Source: an uncultured delta proteobacterium
GTDB lineage: Bacteria; Desulfobacterota; Desulfomonilia; UBA1062
Direction: 5' to 3'
NCBI GenBank assembly: GCA_963785235.1
Contig: CAWAUM010000001.1
Span: forward strand, 256,001 to 320,000
DNA: 64,000 bases
Positions within the stretch are counted from its first letter, which is position 1; the number at the start of each line of letters is the position of its first letter. Both the position numbers and the translations under genes were made by a program. Of this stretch, positions 9,268 to 21,800 are shown piece by piece. The notes beneath the pieces are model-generated. The model saw only the letters and a list, made by a program, of their open reading frames with translations, was not told the origin of the DNA and searched no databases.

Positions 9268-10987
9268 TATGATCATCAGGCCCGGAGATGAGAAGCTCTC
9301 TCATCTTCCGGTAGATGGTCTGGCGGCTGATACCCAAGGACTTGGCCGCCCTGGCCTTGTTCCAACCGTTCTTTTCCAGGGCTTCGATGAATTCTTCACG
9401 CCGGGTGGGGGGTGTCTCTTCCCGGAGTCTTTCTCTGGCCCTGGGACCACGAATCTCAGGGGGCAGGTCATCCAGCGAGATGGTCTGTGTCCGGCATACC
9501 ACGAAGGAGTGTTCCAAGGCGTGGATGAGTTCCCGGACATTACCCGGCCACTCATATTCCATGAATAGCTTCTGCACCTCTGCCGAGACGTTGGTGATTT
9601 CCTTGCGGAACCTTTTCCTGAAGACGGAAAGAAAGTGGTCCACCAGCAGAAAGATGTCGTCCCTTCGTTCGATAAGGGCCGGGACACGGATCTCCAGAAC
9701 CTTGAGTCGGTAATAGAGGTCTTCGCGGAATTGACCCTTCTTCACCTTGCCCGTCAGATCGGCATTCGTGGCGGAGATGACCTGGACATCGAGCTTCAGG
9801 GGCGTGGAATCACCCACCCGTTCGATCTCCTTGTTTTCCAGGACGCGCAGGAGCTTGAGCTGAATAGCAGGCGAGATGTCTCCGATTTCGTCCAGGAAGA
9901 GGGTCCCCTGGTTCGCCAGCTGGAACCGGCCCTCCCTGTCGCGGATGGCCCCGGTGAATGCCCCTTTCACATGCCCGAAGAGCTCGCTTTCCAGAAGGTT
10001 TTCCGCCAGGGCCGAACAGTTCACCACCACAAAGGGTCTGTGTGCCCTTGCACCGCTGTAGTGGATGGCCCGTGCAACGAGCTCCTTGCCTGTGCCGCTC
10101 GGACCGGTGATGAGTACGGTAGTTTCGATGTCCTTGAGATCCTCTATGAGGTTGTAGATCTCCTGCATCTTGGGGCTTCGGCCGATGATACTCTGGAACT
10201 GGTTTCTCTCCTGCAACTCCCTTTCCAGGGCAGACAGCCTGGTGATGTCTCTTATGACCATGACCGCACCCAGCGGCTTGTCATCCTTTCCCTTCAGGGG
10301 CGAGATATTCAGGACAATCACCCTGTTGGGCTGCCGGGCATGATCGCACTCGATCCGGTACTCCTGGATAGGCCTGTTCTTGACCACCGTCTCTTCAAGG
10401 ACCTTCATGCATTTCCTGGAGCAGTCGGTCTTCCCTTCTTCCCACTGCGGGCTCTTGGGCGAGACCCCGCAGATACGCTCTGCCGCATCATTGGCTTCAA
10501 TGACGTGCATGGTGTTGTCCACGGTAATGATACCGTCGCCGACGCTGTGAAACACTGCCTCCAGGTGGGACCTGTAGCGTTCCTTCTCTGTTTCAATAAT
10601 CAGCTTTTCATCAAGCAGGGCCTTGTGCTGCAGGGCATGCTTGGTAACCCTCAGGAGGGTTTCCTTCATGATGGGTTTGGTGATGAAGTCAAAGGCGCCA
10701 TACCGCAATGAGGCTGCAGCATTGTCTATGTTGGGCTCGCCCGTGATCATGATGACGGGCGCCAGGATGCCCCGGGTCTTGATCTCCCGGAGGATCTCGA
10801 TGCCCGAGTGGGGACCCAGAAGGATATCCATGAGGATAAAGTCAAAGGATTTCTGCGCGATCAGATCCATGGCCGATTGGTAATCGGCTGCGGTGATGAC
10901 GTTATATCCTTCTTTGGAGAGGAAGGATCCGAACGTATGGCGGATGCTCTCTTCATCATCGATGACAAGAATGTTGGCGCTCAACAA
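9263..10987 (-). CDS. Sigma54-dependent transcriptional activator (REC-PAS-AAA+-Fis HTH)
   Basis: REC, then [41 protein letters not shown] and [22 protein letters not shown]. Confidence 0.95.
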   Translation of the reverse strand: MLSANILVIDDEESIRHTFGSFLSKEGYNVITAADYQSAMDLIAQKSFDFILMDILLGPHSGIEILREIKTRGILAPVIMITGEPNIDNAAASLRYGAFDFITKPIMKETLLRVTKHALQHKALLDEKLIIETEKERYRSHLEAVFHSVGDGIITVDNTMHVIEANDAAERICGVSPKSPQWEEGKTDCSRKCMKVLEETVVKNRPIQEYRIECDHARQPNRVIVLNISPLKGKDDKPLGAVMVIRDITRLSALERELQERNQFQSIIGRSPKMQEIYNLIEDLKDIETTVLITGPSGTGKELVARAIHYSGARAHRPFVVVNCSALAENLLESELFGHVKGAFTGAIRDREGRFQLANQGTLFLDEIGDISPAIQLKLLRVLENKEIERVGDSTPLKLDVQVISATNADLTGKVKKGQFREDLYYRLKVLEIRVPALIERRDDIFLLVDHFLSVFRKRFRKEITNVSAEVQKLFMEYEWPGNVRELIHALEHSFVVCRTQTISLDDLPPEIRGPRARERLREETPPTRREEFIEALEKNGWNKARAAKSLGISRQTIYRKMRELLISGPDDHM

Positions 10988-11064
10988 CGGTTTGCTCCCC
11001 TATGAATAAGTAAGATATATACCCGTATGGTCTCAGCCGGGGCAACACCTTTTTAATGCCAGTA

Positions 11065-14000
11065 TCAGGCCTTGAGCGACCTTTTGATGGCACCTGCGAG
11101 CATGTTCTTGGTGAAGGGTTTGTCCAGGTACTCCTTTATGCCTTGTGCAACGGCCTCCTCCGGGGTGATGGTCTCACTGAATCCGGTCATGAGGATAATG
11201 GGCATGCCGGGACTTATCTTGAGGATCTCGGTTGCGAATTGTGAACCCGTAAGGCCCGGCATGGTCTGATCCGTGATAACAAGGTCGATCCCGTCCTGGG
11301 CTGACCGGAAATAGTTCAGTGCATCAATACTTGAACAGAGGCCTTTTACCTTGTAGCCGAGCTGGTTGAGCATGGCCTGGGTAAAGTTGATGATCGCCTC
11401 CTCGTCATCCACCAGCAGTATGGACTCGCCGGATCCCGGGGTTGGCTCACCATGAAGGTCATCCACACCCTCCTGCTCCTGTTGGGATACGGGGAGGTAA
11501 ATCTCAAAGGTGCTTCCATTGTTGATTGACGATTCCACAAGGATTGCCCCGCCAAGCTCGGTAACAATACCATGGACCGTTGCAAGCCCTAAGCCGGTTC
11601 CCTTGGCCTTTTCCTTTGTCGTGAAGAAGGGATCGAAGATACGTTTGAGGGTTTCGGTGTCCATGCCGCACCCGGTATCCCTTACGGTGATCAGCAGATG
11701 CGCCCCTTCAGACAGCGGCGGGTGCTTTGAGATGAAGCCGGAGTCGAGGTAGAGCTGTTCGAGGATTACCGTGAGTTCGCCGCCGGTGGTCAGCATGGCC
11801 TGGTAGGCATTGGTGCACAGGTTCATGATGACCTGATGGATCTGTGTGGAATCGGCTAAAACCGTTCCTGAGGCGGTATCGATGTGCTCGGTAATGGTAA
11901 TGGTGCTGGGGATGGAAGACCTCAGCAGCTTCAGCGCCTCCTTCATGATGAGATGAATTTTCACCGGTTTTCTCTCGGTTTCCATCTGGCGGCTGAAGGT
12001 GAGGATCTGTTTGACAAGGTCCTTTGCCCTGCCTCCCGCCTTGAGGACCTCCATGATGTTCTTAGAGACAGCGCTGTCTTCAGGCAACTCATCTATGGCC
12101 AGTTCGGAATAGCCGATTATGGCGGACAGGATATTATTGAAGTCGTGGGCGATACCTCCTGCAAGGGTTCCGATGGCCTCCAGCTTCTGGGAGCGCATGA
12201 GACGGGCTTCGTATGTCCTCCGTTCTTCCTCTGAGAGCTTGCGCTCCGTAATGTCAACGTTCATGCCTTCGAGGTACACGATGTTCCCGGCTGCATCACG
12301 GACTGTATGGAGAGAGATGGATATCCAGAAGGTGTTTTTGTCCTGACGGCGCATTTCTACCTCAAACCCTTCCACAGAATCCTGTTCCCTGAGCATGCGG
12401 ATCATTTTTTCCCGGTCCTGGGGATTTACGTACAGATCCTGGCCGATATGCTTGACCCCATTGATCATCTCTTCAGGCGAGGAGAACCCGAACATCCGGG
12501 CAAGTGACGGGTTTACGCTTAGAAGCCGTCCCTGGGGCGTTGTCCGGTATATCCCCTCGTTGGCATTCTCGAAGATCTGTCGATAGTTCTCTTCACTCGC
12601 ACGCAGTGCTTCGTCGAGAAGCCTTTGATCCGTGACGTCTATGCCGATGCCGAAGACGAACTCGAGTTCTCCGTTATCACGGAATACGGCCTTGCCCTGC
12701 CACTGTACCAGCAGAGACCTGCCGTCCTTGGTAAGGACCCTGTTATCATGCACGACAGGCCCCTTTGATGAGATCATCCGGTCCATGGCACCCTTGAAGC
12801 CCTCACGGTCTTCTTCAGGGATGAATAACCCAAGGTAGTCTTTGCCCACAACCTCGGGGAGTGAATAACCTAATGCGCTCAGCATGGCCTGGTTCATGAA
12901 GAGCACCTTTCCCTGGGGGTTAATGGCGTCATAAAAGGCAGGGGAGGTCTCGACGATGGAGGCGGTCAGATCACGCTCTTTCTCGAGCTGCCTTGAGGCC
13001 CTGATCCTGGAGGTGATATCGCGGGCAGAGCCGCGGACGCCTGTGGGCCTGCCTTGATGGTCGATGATGAGGGAGTTGCGGTACTCCATGATCCGCTCAT
13101 CTCCGGTCTTGGTGGTTATGGTCATGAGCCCTTCATCGTAGCCGTTTTCCATTACCCGGCTGATATAGTCCTTAAACTGGCCCTTATGACGTTCCGGCAG
13201 GATATCCTTGATGTTCATGGTTTTCAGGTCGGCCTCGGTGTATCCTGTGGTCTTCTTGGATGCCAGGTTGGTCTCTATGAAAATACCATTAAAATCATGC
13301 ATATACAACAGGTCTGACACATTGAAGAAGATATCCTTGTATCTGGCCTCGCTCTGCCGCAAGGCCTCCTCGGTCTGCTTAGACTCAGTGATGTCACGGA
13401 CAGATTCAATGGCGCCGATGATGTTCCCCTGTGAGTCATAGATGGGGCCCGCCTTTCCCCAGAGGGTGATCTTTCTTTTTTTGATCTCCACATCGCCGAT
13501 TGCGAGAACGACCTCATCGACTTTTTTCAAATACGAATAGTTTCCCCCGATTTCCTTGTCCGGGTCGAGTATGTTGTCCACCAGCATGGGCCGCCTTATG
13601 CCATAGAAGGGCAACGCATACGCATAGTCCGTCTTACCGGCCATGTCCCTGGCCGGTATGTGTGTGAGATCCTCAATGGCGCGGTTCCACATGATAACCC
13701 TTCCCTTGAGGTCTATGGCAAAGGTGGGGTCGGGCAGGAAGTCAACAAACTGGGTAAGCTGCATCAGGGCATCGGTGCGGGCCTTCTCAATCTCCTTCCT
13801 GTCCATGATGTCCCGGATGGATTCGATGGCGCCGATGATCTGCCCGGTCTTGTCGTAAATAGGACTGGCCTTGATCCAGAGGAATCTTTTGGAGGGCAGC
13901 CCCACTGCCTCGGCATAGAGCGTATCTCCTTCACGGCGGACAAAGGTGTATTTGTTCTCCATGTCAGGATCGGGATGTAGAATGAGGTCAATCAGGATAG

Positions 14001-14229
14001 GGCGTCTTTCGTTATAGAAGGGCAGGGAATATTCGTACACCCCCTTTCCAACCATGTCTTCGGCCTTGACACCGGTCATTTCTTCCATTGCCCGGTTCCA
14101 CACGATGACCTTACCCTTGAGGTCAATGGCAAAGGTTGGGTCGGGTAAAAAATCAATGACCTGAGAGAGGAATAATTTTGTTGACCGCAGATATCTCGCT
14201 GAAGATAGATTACGTTCCATTTCTCCCAT
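11065..14229 (-). CDS. Cytoplasmic hybrid histidine kinase (5 PAS-HisKA-HATPase-REC)
   Basis: Repeated PAS/PAC units; [12 protein letters not shown]-box; NLCTNA, DTGCGM, FDPFFTTK and GTGLGL boxes; C-terminal REC (VITDQTMP). Start codon uncertain (14220-14256). Confidence 0.93.
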   Translation of the reverse strand: MGEMERNLSSARYLRSTKLFLSQVIDFLPDPTFAIDLKGKVIVWNRAMEEMTGVKAEDMVGKGVYEYSLPFYNERRPILIDLILHPDPDMENKYTFVRREGDTLYAEAVGLPSKRFLWIKASPIYDKTGQIIGAIESIRDIMDRKEIEKARTDALMQLTQFVDFLPDPTFAIDLKGRVIMWNRAIEDLTHIPARDMAGKTDYAYALPFYGIRRPMLVDNILDPDKEIGGNYSYLKKVDEVVLAIGDVEIKKRKITLWGKAGPIYDSQGNIIGAIESVRDITESKQTEEALRQSEARYKDIFFNVSDLLYMHDFNGIFIETNLASKKTTGYTEADLKTMNIKDILPERHKGQFKDYISRVMENGYDEGLMTITTKTGDERIMEYRNSLIIDHQGRPTGVRGSARDITSRIRASRQLEKERDLTASIVETSPAFYDAINPQGKVLFMNQAMLSALGYSLPEVVGKDYLGLFIPEEDREGFKGAMDRMISSKGPVVHDNRVLTKDGRSLLVQWQGKAVFRDNGELEFVFGIGIDVTDQRLLDEALRASEENYRQIFENANEGIYRTTPQGRLLSVNPSLARMFGFSSPEEMINGVKHIGQDLYVNPQDREKMIRMLREQDSVEGFEVEMRRQDKNTFWISISLHTVRDAAGNIVYLEGMNVDITERKLSEEERRTYEARLMRSQKLEAIGTLAGGIAHDFNNILSAIIGYSELAIDELPEDSAVSKNIMEVLKAGGRAKDLVKQILTFSRQMETERKPVKIHLIMKEALKLLRSSIPSTITITEHIDTASGTVLADSTQIHQVIMNLCTNAYQAMLTTGGELTVILEQLYLDSGFISKHPPLSEGAHLLITVRDTGCGMDTETLKRIFDPFFTTKEKAKGTGLGLATVHGIVTELGGAILVESSINNGSTFEIYLPVSQQEQEGVDDLHGEPTPGSGESILLVDDEEAIINFTQAMLNQLGYKVKGLCSSIDALNYFRSAQDGIDLVITDQTMPGLTGSQFATEILKISPGMPIILMTGFSETITPEEAVAQGIKEYLDKPFTKNMLAGAIKRSLKA

Positions 14230-14382
14230 ATCCCCTCTACTGCATGGCAAGGCCACACATGATCGTGTTTATTTCAGGATTGTGCATGACATCTTACTCT
14301 AAAATAAAGATTACATAAAGAATGATGGGTAACGCAGAGAGTTATTCAGGGATAGATTCAGACCTTCTTCCAATGTGAGCGA

Positions 14383-17300
14383 CTATCCTCCAGCCGGGTT
14401 CAATGCCTTGTACACCGCTTCAGAGAGCTCACTTGCCACCATGGGCTTCATCACCATCTCTCTGATGCCGGCATCCCTGATCCTTTCAGGCGAGATCCCC
14501 AGGCTGAAACCGGTGCACAGCACAATAGGGATATCGGGCCTGATTTCCTGGAGCCGTTCCGAGAGCTCAAGACCCGTCATCCTGGGCATGGTCAGATCCG
14601 TCAGGACAAGATCGAACGCACCCGGATCGGATGTGAACAGCTCAAGGGCCTCCATGGGACTGGTAGTTGAAGTGATTTCGTATCCGAGCTGTTCAAGAAT
14701 TCCGCGACCCGAGGTTATGACCCCCTCTTCATCGTCCACGAAAAGAATCCTCCCGCTGCCTGTCTTCATGAGTTTATCCAGAGCTTTGTTTTCAACAGCC
14801 TCTCCCTTGTACAAGGGGAGGATGATGTTAAAGGTGGTTCCAATGCCTGGATCGCTGTACACGGAAATCGCCCCCCCCATTTCCTTCACTATGCCGTGGA
14901 CAACAGACAGGCCCATGCCCGTTCCCTCTCCACGCTCCTTGGTAGTGAAGAACGGGTCGAAGATACGCTTGATGATCTCCTTCGGGATGCCGCTTCCGGT
15001 ATCGGTAACGCTCAATCGCAGGTATCGGCCTCGCTTCAATCCCTTGAAATCCACCTCTACCTCATCATCCAGTTCAACCTCTGCAAGGCGGACATCAAGC
15101 ATGCCGCCCCTTTCCTTCATGGCATGGGCGGCGTTGGTGCAGAGGTTCATGATAACCTGGTGGATCTGAGTGGGATCAGCGATTATCATGCTGCCAGAAA
15201 CAGGGAACTCCTGTCTGATTTCAATGGTCACAGGCAAAGAGGCCCTGATAAACTTTAGAGTTTCTTTGATGAGAGGGGCCACTACCATGGGCTCTCTCTT
15301 GATGCCTGCCTGGCGGCTGAAGGTCAGTATCTGCTTTACCAGGTCTCTGGCCCTGATCCCGGCCTTGAGGATCTCATCCAGCTCGTTTTCTATATTCGCC
15401 CTGTCTTCCAGCTTCATCTTGGCAAGCTCGGCAAAGCCGAACACGGAAGACAGGATATTGTTGAAATCATGGGCTATGCCACCCGCCAGGGATCCGATTG
15501 CCTCCATTTTATATGACTGCTGAAGCCGTTCCTCGAGTTTCAGCCTTTCTGCCTCCAATTTCTTGCGTTCGGTAATATCCTCAAAGGTTGCCACCATTCC
15601 GCTGAACTCTTTGGTTGCAGAAATGAGCGGTGTTCCATTGATGGATAATAATATTCGCCGGCCGTCGGGCCACTCGATGGCGTGTTGAATATCTTTTACA
15701 GGTTTCCTTGTTTTCAGCACCTGCATAAACGGGAGGTTTTCCATGGGGAAAGGTTTTCCGTCCAGATCGGTTATCCGCCAGGCCGGGGCATTGTACTCGA
15801 GTCGGGTAATATCGGTTTTTGATAGACCGAGAATTTCCTCTGCCTGGGTATTTGCAAAAATGATCTTTCCTGATGCATCGACAAAGGTAATTCCAACAGG
15901 GCTGGTTCCCACAAGCTGCGTGAGGAGGTCGTGCTGCTTTTGCAGTTCCTCTTCGGCCCTTTTGCGTGCTGTGATGTCCAGAAAAACTGCGGCGAACTGT
16001 CCATGCCTCGGTGAATACGCAGACACCTCGAAATACTTGTTCAGGACCCCTGTAAAATTTTCGAAGTGTATGGGGTTACCTGTCAAGGCGACCTGGCCAT
16101 AGAGGTCTATCCAGTATTGCTCGGTATCAGGCAATACCTCGCTGACGGCCCTTCCGACAAGATCTTCACTCTTCAGGCCGGTCAGTTGTTCAAAGGCAGG
16201 ATTGACCTCAAGGAATCGGTAGTCCTGTGGTGCGCCTTTCTCGTCACATATAATTTCGTGGAGGGCAAACCCAGTGACCATGGACTGGAAGAGCAGTCGG
16301 AATTTCTCTTCCGACTCTCTGAGGGCCTCGTCGGCATGCTTTCTGGCTGTAATGTCTCTTGATACAATGACCCCTGTCAATGATCCATGCATATCGATGA
16401 GCATACCTTCCGATTCAAGCCAGATGTAACCACGGGAAGGGTGAAGGTAACGGTACTCGGCCTTCGCGATACCCCTGCTCTTCACGGCGTTGGCGAAGGT
16501 CGCCATCACACCCGGGATGTCCTCGGGGTGAATGTGCTCGAAGATGCTTTTTCCGAGCACCTCCTCTCCGCGATCCAGCACCCGTTTGTGAGAAGAAGAT
16601 ATGAAGGTGTAAGTGCCCGAAGTGTCGGTAGTCAGGATGATATCAGTAATATTGTCAGTGATGAGGCGGTATTTCTCCTCGCTCTCACGGAGCCCCTCCT
16701 CCGCCTGCTTACGCTCGCTGATGTCACGGGTAATAGATATGATGTGCGAAACACCCTTAAGCTTTATTATTCGTGCAGACATCAGGGCGGTTACGATGCT
16801 CCCGTCTTTTCTCCTGAACTGCGCCTCAAGGTTTTCGTAAGAGCCTTTGGCCCTTAGACCTTGCACCAATTGTTGCCGGTCTTCGGTGTTGAGCCATATA
16901 TCGATATCCACCGAAGTCTTCCCGATGACGTCTTCCCTCGTGTAACCTGTCAAGGTAGTGAACCCTTCATTGATATCGACATACAACCCATCTTCCAGTC
17001 GGTTGATATTGATTGAATCCGGACTGGTACTAAAGGCCAGCCGGAAGCGCTCCTCGGTTTCTTTCAGTGCTTCCTCGGCCTGCCTGCGTTCGGTGATGTC
17101 AATGATCGTCCCTTCTGCGATATCACGGGATGGATCTATGTGTGCGCTGAACTCTGCCCAGAAGATCCTGCCCGTCAGCTGATTCTTGAGCTGCAGCACA
17201 TGGTCGGTTATATATCCTTGTCCTCGTAGGGTATCTTTAACTTCCTCCCTGTCTTCGGGGTTGACATAGAGATGCAGGACGTCCCTGCCGAGGGCACTCT

Positions 17301-18558
17301 CAACGGTTGGGAAACCTGCCAGGTCGCAGTACCGCTGATTGCAGGCTATGATCGTCGCATCTTTGAGACTTGTCTCGAAGAGACCCACCTGGGCGTAATG
17401 ATAAAGGTTGCGATATTTTCGTTCACTCTCCCGAAGCGAATCATCTATTCTCTTTCGATCGGTGATGTCGCGAACGATAGCCCACATTCCTATAGGATTA
17501 CCTGTTTCATCTTTCTGGAGTATGGCCCGCAATTCCACAGGGAAGACCGTCCCGTCTTTCCTGCGGTATTCCTTTTCAAAAATATCAGAATAACCATTGG
17601 GGAGTATCTGAGTTCTAACAATTGCGGACTCCATCGCATGCCATTTCTCAGGGGTAATGTCCTGATAGGTGAGCGCGCTGATCTCTTCAGGCTTATAGCC
17701 CAGCATGCTCAGGTAGGATTCATTGTAATCCTTGATATGCCCTTCCATATCTACGCTTACAACTGCATCCCTCATGCTGTCATGAAGGAGGCGATATCTT
17801 CCTTCTGATGAACGTAACGCCTCTGCAAGCTGCTCCTGTTCCTTAATCGTACGTGCCAATTTCAGGTTGCTGTAACTCAGATCAGAAACCAGAACCGAAA
17901 ACTTTGTGAGGAAATCCATAAAGGCAGTGACCCTTTCCCGGCTGAATCGCGGCACGTGGTGCAGCGCACTCAAATAGGATTCCCGGTCAAAACCATACCT
18001 TTCAGCCTGAGTGATGAAAGCTTCTTCATCTATGTCTTCATCATCGTAAAAGAACTGTCCGGTGTAGATATTGCCCACATGCTTCCCACCGATATACAAA
18101 GGGGTCACCACATCCCAGAGCTGGTTCTTGCACTTGTAGGCCACATATTCGCCCTGCCGCATGTTCTTGGCCAGGAAGAGATCGCTTTCCATGCAGTTCA
18201 GGGCTGTTTGAGGATGAACCCGGTGGTATCGGGTGCAGATATCCTGCCAGCCGAGGGCTATCAGCACCTTTCCCTTGAGATCCAGGATTGCCAGTGCCAT
18301 GTTGGTGAGTTTATAAAAATCATCCATGAGAGATTGAATGGCGGGGACATCCATAATGGCGCTTAACTCCAGAGAGCTTATATCCATATTCGATGAGCTG
18401 ATGGTCTTGAGCTTCAAATCCAGAGGCTCTTCGCCCTCCTGTTGCACTTTCACTTCTTGCATATGCCCGAATGATGAATCTTCCAACTCGGCGATCCGTT
18501 TGCGTGCTTCATTCAGCTCTTCTATGAGCTGGTCTTTTTTCTTATTTTTATCTTTCAT
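14383..18558 (-). CDS. Hybrid histidine kinase with N-terminal PocR-type sensor and about 6 PAS domains
   Basis: PocR-like IQSLMDDFYKLT...GWQDICTRYHRVHP...YKCKNQLWDVVTPL...GQFF; multiple PAS; H-box; REC (VLTDLTMP). Confidence 0.9.
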   Translation of the reverse strand: MKDKNKKKDQLIEELNEARKRIAELEDSSFGHMQEVKVQQEGEEPLDLKLKTISSSNMDISSLELSAIMDVPAIQSLMDDFYKLTNMALAILDLKGKVLIALGWQDICTRYHRVHPQTALNCMESDLFLAKNMRQGEYVAYKCKNQLWDVVTPLYIGGKHVGNIYTGQFFYDDEDIDEEAFITQAERYGFDRESYLSALHHVPRFSRERVTAFMDFLTKFSVLVSDLSYSNLKLARTIKEQEQLAEALRSSEGRYRLLHDSMRDAVVSVDMEGHIKDYNESYLSMLGYKPEEISALTYQDITPEKWHAMESAIVRTQILPNGYSDIFEKEYRRKDGTVFPVELRAILQKDETGNPIGMWAIVRDITDRKRIDDSLRESERKYRNLYHYAQVGLFETSLKDATIIACNQRYCDLAGFPTVESALGRDVLHLYVNPEDREEVKDTLRGQGYITDHVLQLKNQLTGRIFWAEFSAHIDPSRDIAEGTIIDITERRQAEEALKETEERFRLAFSTSPDSININRLEDGLYVDINEGFTTLTGYTREDVIGKTSVDIDIWLNTEDRQQLVQGLRAKGSYENLEAQFRRKDGSIVTALMSARIIKLKGVSHIISITRDISERKQAEEGLRESEEKYRLITDNITDIILTTDTSGTYTFISSSHKRVLDRGEEVLGKSIFEHIHPEDIPGVMATFANAVKSRGIAKAEYRYLHPSRGYIWLESEGMLIDMHGSLTGVIVSRDITARKHADEALRESEEKFRLLFQSMVTGFALHEIICDEKGAPQDYRFLEVNPAFEQLTGLKSEDLVGRAVSEVLPDTEQYWIDLYGQVALTGNPIHFENFTGVLNKYFEVSAYSPRHGQFAAVFLDITARKRAEEELQKQHDLLTQLVGTSPVGITFVDASGKIIFANTQAEEILGLSKTDITRLEYNAPAWRITDLDGKPFPMENLPFMQVLKTRKPVKDIQHAIEWPDGRRILLSINGTPLISATKEFSGMVATFEDITERKKLEAERLKLEERLQQSYKMEAIGSLAGGIAHDFNNILSSVFGFAELAKMKLEDRANIENELDEILKAGIRARDLVKQILTFSRQAGIKREPMVVAPLIKETLKFIRASLPVTIEIRQEFPVSGSMIIADPTQIHQVIMNLCTNAAHAMKERGGMLDVRLAEVELDDEVEVDFKGLKRGRYLRLSVTDTGSGIPKEIIKRIFDPFFTTKERGEGTGMGLSVVHGIVKEMGGAISVYSDPGIGTTFNIILPLYKGEAVENKALDKLMKTGSGRILFVDDEEGVITSGRGILEQLGYEITSTTSPMEALELFTSDPGAFDLVLTDLTMPRMTGLELSERLQEIRPDIPIVLCTGFSLGISPERIRDAGIREMVMKPMVASELSEAVYKALNPAGG

Positions 18559-18897
18559 GTGACCATTCACCCGCTTGGATCGGCTTTTTTGCCCAAGAAA
18601 AAACCCTGCCCGGTTAGTCATCCTTCCTGCAAGCCGCTATCTTTATTGTCCAGGAGATACCCTCTGATGACGACTCTTGGACATGGACCTTATTCATCAT
18701 TCTTAAAAAATAGGGGGTTACTACAAAGGGGGAGGTATAACAAAATTATCGCTGTTGTAATAATTGGTAAGCCGCATGTGTTTTTTACATGTGACCTTTT
18801 ATTGTCGCCCTTTGTACGTATAGCCTTATAATAGCGCTCAGATAAGTAAGATCAATATGCGGCAGAAATCTTCCCGCTCGTACTCAGACCCAAGGAG

Positions 18898-21800
18898 TTA
18901 GTATGTCTTGCTGTCAATTCCTTGAAGGCATCTCTGGATAGCACACGTAATGGCGCTCCTGGTAAAGGGCTTTTCCATATATTCCTGGATCCCTTGCGCA
19001 AGGGCCTCGTCAGGGCAGATTGTTTCACTGTAACCGGTCATGAGGATAATGGGTGTGTCAGGTCGTATCGTGAGGATCTCGCTTGCGAGTTGTGAACCGG
19101 TGATGCCGGGCATGGTCTGGTCCGTGATGACGAGGTTGAATTTTTCCGGGGCCGATTGAAAGAGCGCCAGTGCCTCGGTGCCTGAAGACAGGCCGGTGAC
19201 GTTATAGCCCAACTGAACCAGCATGGTCTCTAGATAATGGAGGATAATTTCCTCATCATCTACCAGCAGGATGGTCTCGCCGTTTCCCGGTGCAGGTATT
19301 TCTTCAGATTCTTCAAGTTCCTCCGGCTCCCCGATAAAAACAGGGAGATATACATCGAACGTGCTGCCTTTTCCCATAGCCGAACTCACGAAGACCGCAC
19401 CACCAAGGCTTGTAACGATACCATGGACCGTAGACAGGCCGAGGCCGGTGCCCTTGCCCTTTTCCTTGGTAGTGAAAAAGGGGTCGAAAATACGTTTGAT
19501 CGTCTCTGAGTCCATGCCGCAGCCCGTATCGCTCACCGTGAGCCTGAGGTGTTCACCTTCACAAAGGGGCGGGTGTTGGGATGAAAAGAAGGCATCGAGG
19601 TATGTCTGCTCCAGTGATACGGTAAGGATTCCGCCATGAGAAAGCATGGCATGGTAGGCATTGGTGCACAGGTTCATGATTATCTGGTGGATCTGGGTGG
19701 AATCTGCAAGGACAAAGCCGATAGAGGGGCTTATACGATCAGTGATGGTAATGGTGCTGGGGATGGATGACCTCAGCAGTTTCAGTGACTCCTTGATGAT
19801 GTAATGGATTTTAACAGGGCTTCGCTCGGTCTCCACCTGACGGGAAAAGGTGAGGATCTGCTTGACCAGCTCCTTTGCCCTGCATCCTGCATGAAAGACC
19901 TCCATGACGCCCTCATAGGCCATGCTGTCTTTGGGAACCTCATCCAACAGCAGTTCGGAATTGCCGATGATGGCGGACAGGATATTATTAAAGTCGTGTG
20001 CTATGCCGCCTGCGAGCGTTCCGATGGCCTCGAGCTTCTGGGAGCGCATCAGCCGGGCCTCGTAGACGGTGCCGTTCCTCCTCGGCCTGCTTTTTTTCCG
20101 TGATGTCGTCGGCGATGCCGGCAAGGTAGACCACAGATCCCTGATCATTGCAGATGGCCGAACGCCTGTTTCGTATCCACCTGATGGACCCATCTTTTTT
20201 TACATAGCGGAACTCGTATTCATGTTCGATGTCCTTTGTGTTTTCGGCCATGGACAGGACTAGCCCGATATCATCGGGGTGGATGAGTTCGAGCAATAGG
20301 CGAGGGTTCTTATAGAACTCTTCGCAGGGTATGCCGGAGATCCGTTCGAAAGCCGGGCTGACATAAATAACCTTGGTCCAGTCGGGCAGCGTGATCCAGA
20401 AGACCTCAGGGCTGGACTCGGCCAGCTTCCTGAAGCGCTCTTCGCTTACCTTGAGCTTTTCCTGGGCCCGTCTGAGCTCGGTAATATCGTGTATCAGGGA
20501 GAAGATGTAGGAAGTGCCTTCCACTTCTACAAGGGTTGCCGAGAGGATGACGGACCGGATATCACCGGATCTGTTCTTGAGTTGGACCTCGGTATTCAAA
20601 ATGTTGTTTCCGGCGATCAGCTCATCCATAAACCGTAAACGGTCATCCCTGTTCACCCAGACGCTCAGCTCGGCAGTGGTGCGGCCTATGATCTCTTCCT
20701 TGGAATATCCTGACCATGCCACAAAGGAGGTATTGGCATCGATAATCCTGCGGTTTGCAGGGTTTATGATGCACATGGGGTCAGGGCTTGAATCGAAGGC
20801 AGCCTGGAATTTCTTCTCGGAAAAAGTCACGAGTTTCTCTGCACGCCTGTGCTCGGTAACATTGATACCGATGCCGAAGATGAATTCAAGTTCGCCATTA
20901 TGCTTAAAGACCGCCTTTCCCTGCCGCTGAACACTCAGGGTTCTCCCGTCTTTTGTCATGACCCTGTTCTCATGCACTATGGGGATCTTGGTGGAGATCA
21001 TCTTGTCTGTGGCTTCCTGCAACAGGGTATGGTCTTCTTCCGGGATGAATTTTTCAAAGTAGTCCGTGCCTACAATATCTGCGAGCTTATATCCCAGGGC
21101 GTTCAACATGGCTTCGTTCATGAAGATCGTCTTGCCGGCAGGATCCACGGCGTCGTAGAAGGCCGGCGATGTCTGGATGATGGAGATGATGAAATCCCGT
21201 TCTTTCTTCAGCTCCCGCTGGGTGCGGAGTCGGGCCGTGATGTCCCGGGCTGAGCCGCGTACGGCGATCGCGTTTCCCCCGGTGTTGGTAACCAGGGAAT
21301 TTCGATACTCCAGGACACGTTCAACCCCGTTCTTGGTTATGATGGTAAGGAACCCTTCGTCAAAGCCTTTGTCCATTACGTTACGAATATAATTCTCAAA
21401 GCGGTTTTTATGCCTTTGGGGCAACAGGTCTTTCACCGAAAGGCTGGTTATCTCGTGCTCTGAGTAACCGGCGTTTTTCTCGAATGCCAGGTTGGTCTCA
21501 ATGAAATAGCCATCGAGATCGTGGAGATAGAGATAGTCCGAGACGTTGAGGAAGATATCGCGAAATTTAGCTTCACTCTTTTTTAAGGCATCTTCGGTCA
21601 GCCTGCTGTCGGTTATGTCGCGCAGCGTTTCGATGGCGCCCATGATATTTCCGTCTTTATCATAGATCGGACCTGCCTTTATCCAGAGGTATCTTTTCGT
21701 GGGCAGACCTATGGATTCGGCATAGATGCTGTCTCCCTGCCATAGGATGGACGTGTAGTTCTTCTCAATTTCATGGTCACTCTTGAGCACCAGGTCAACG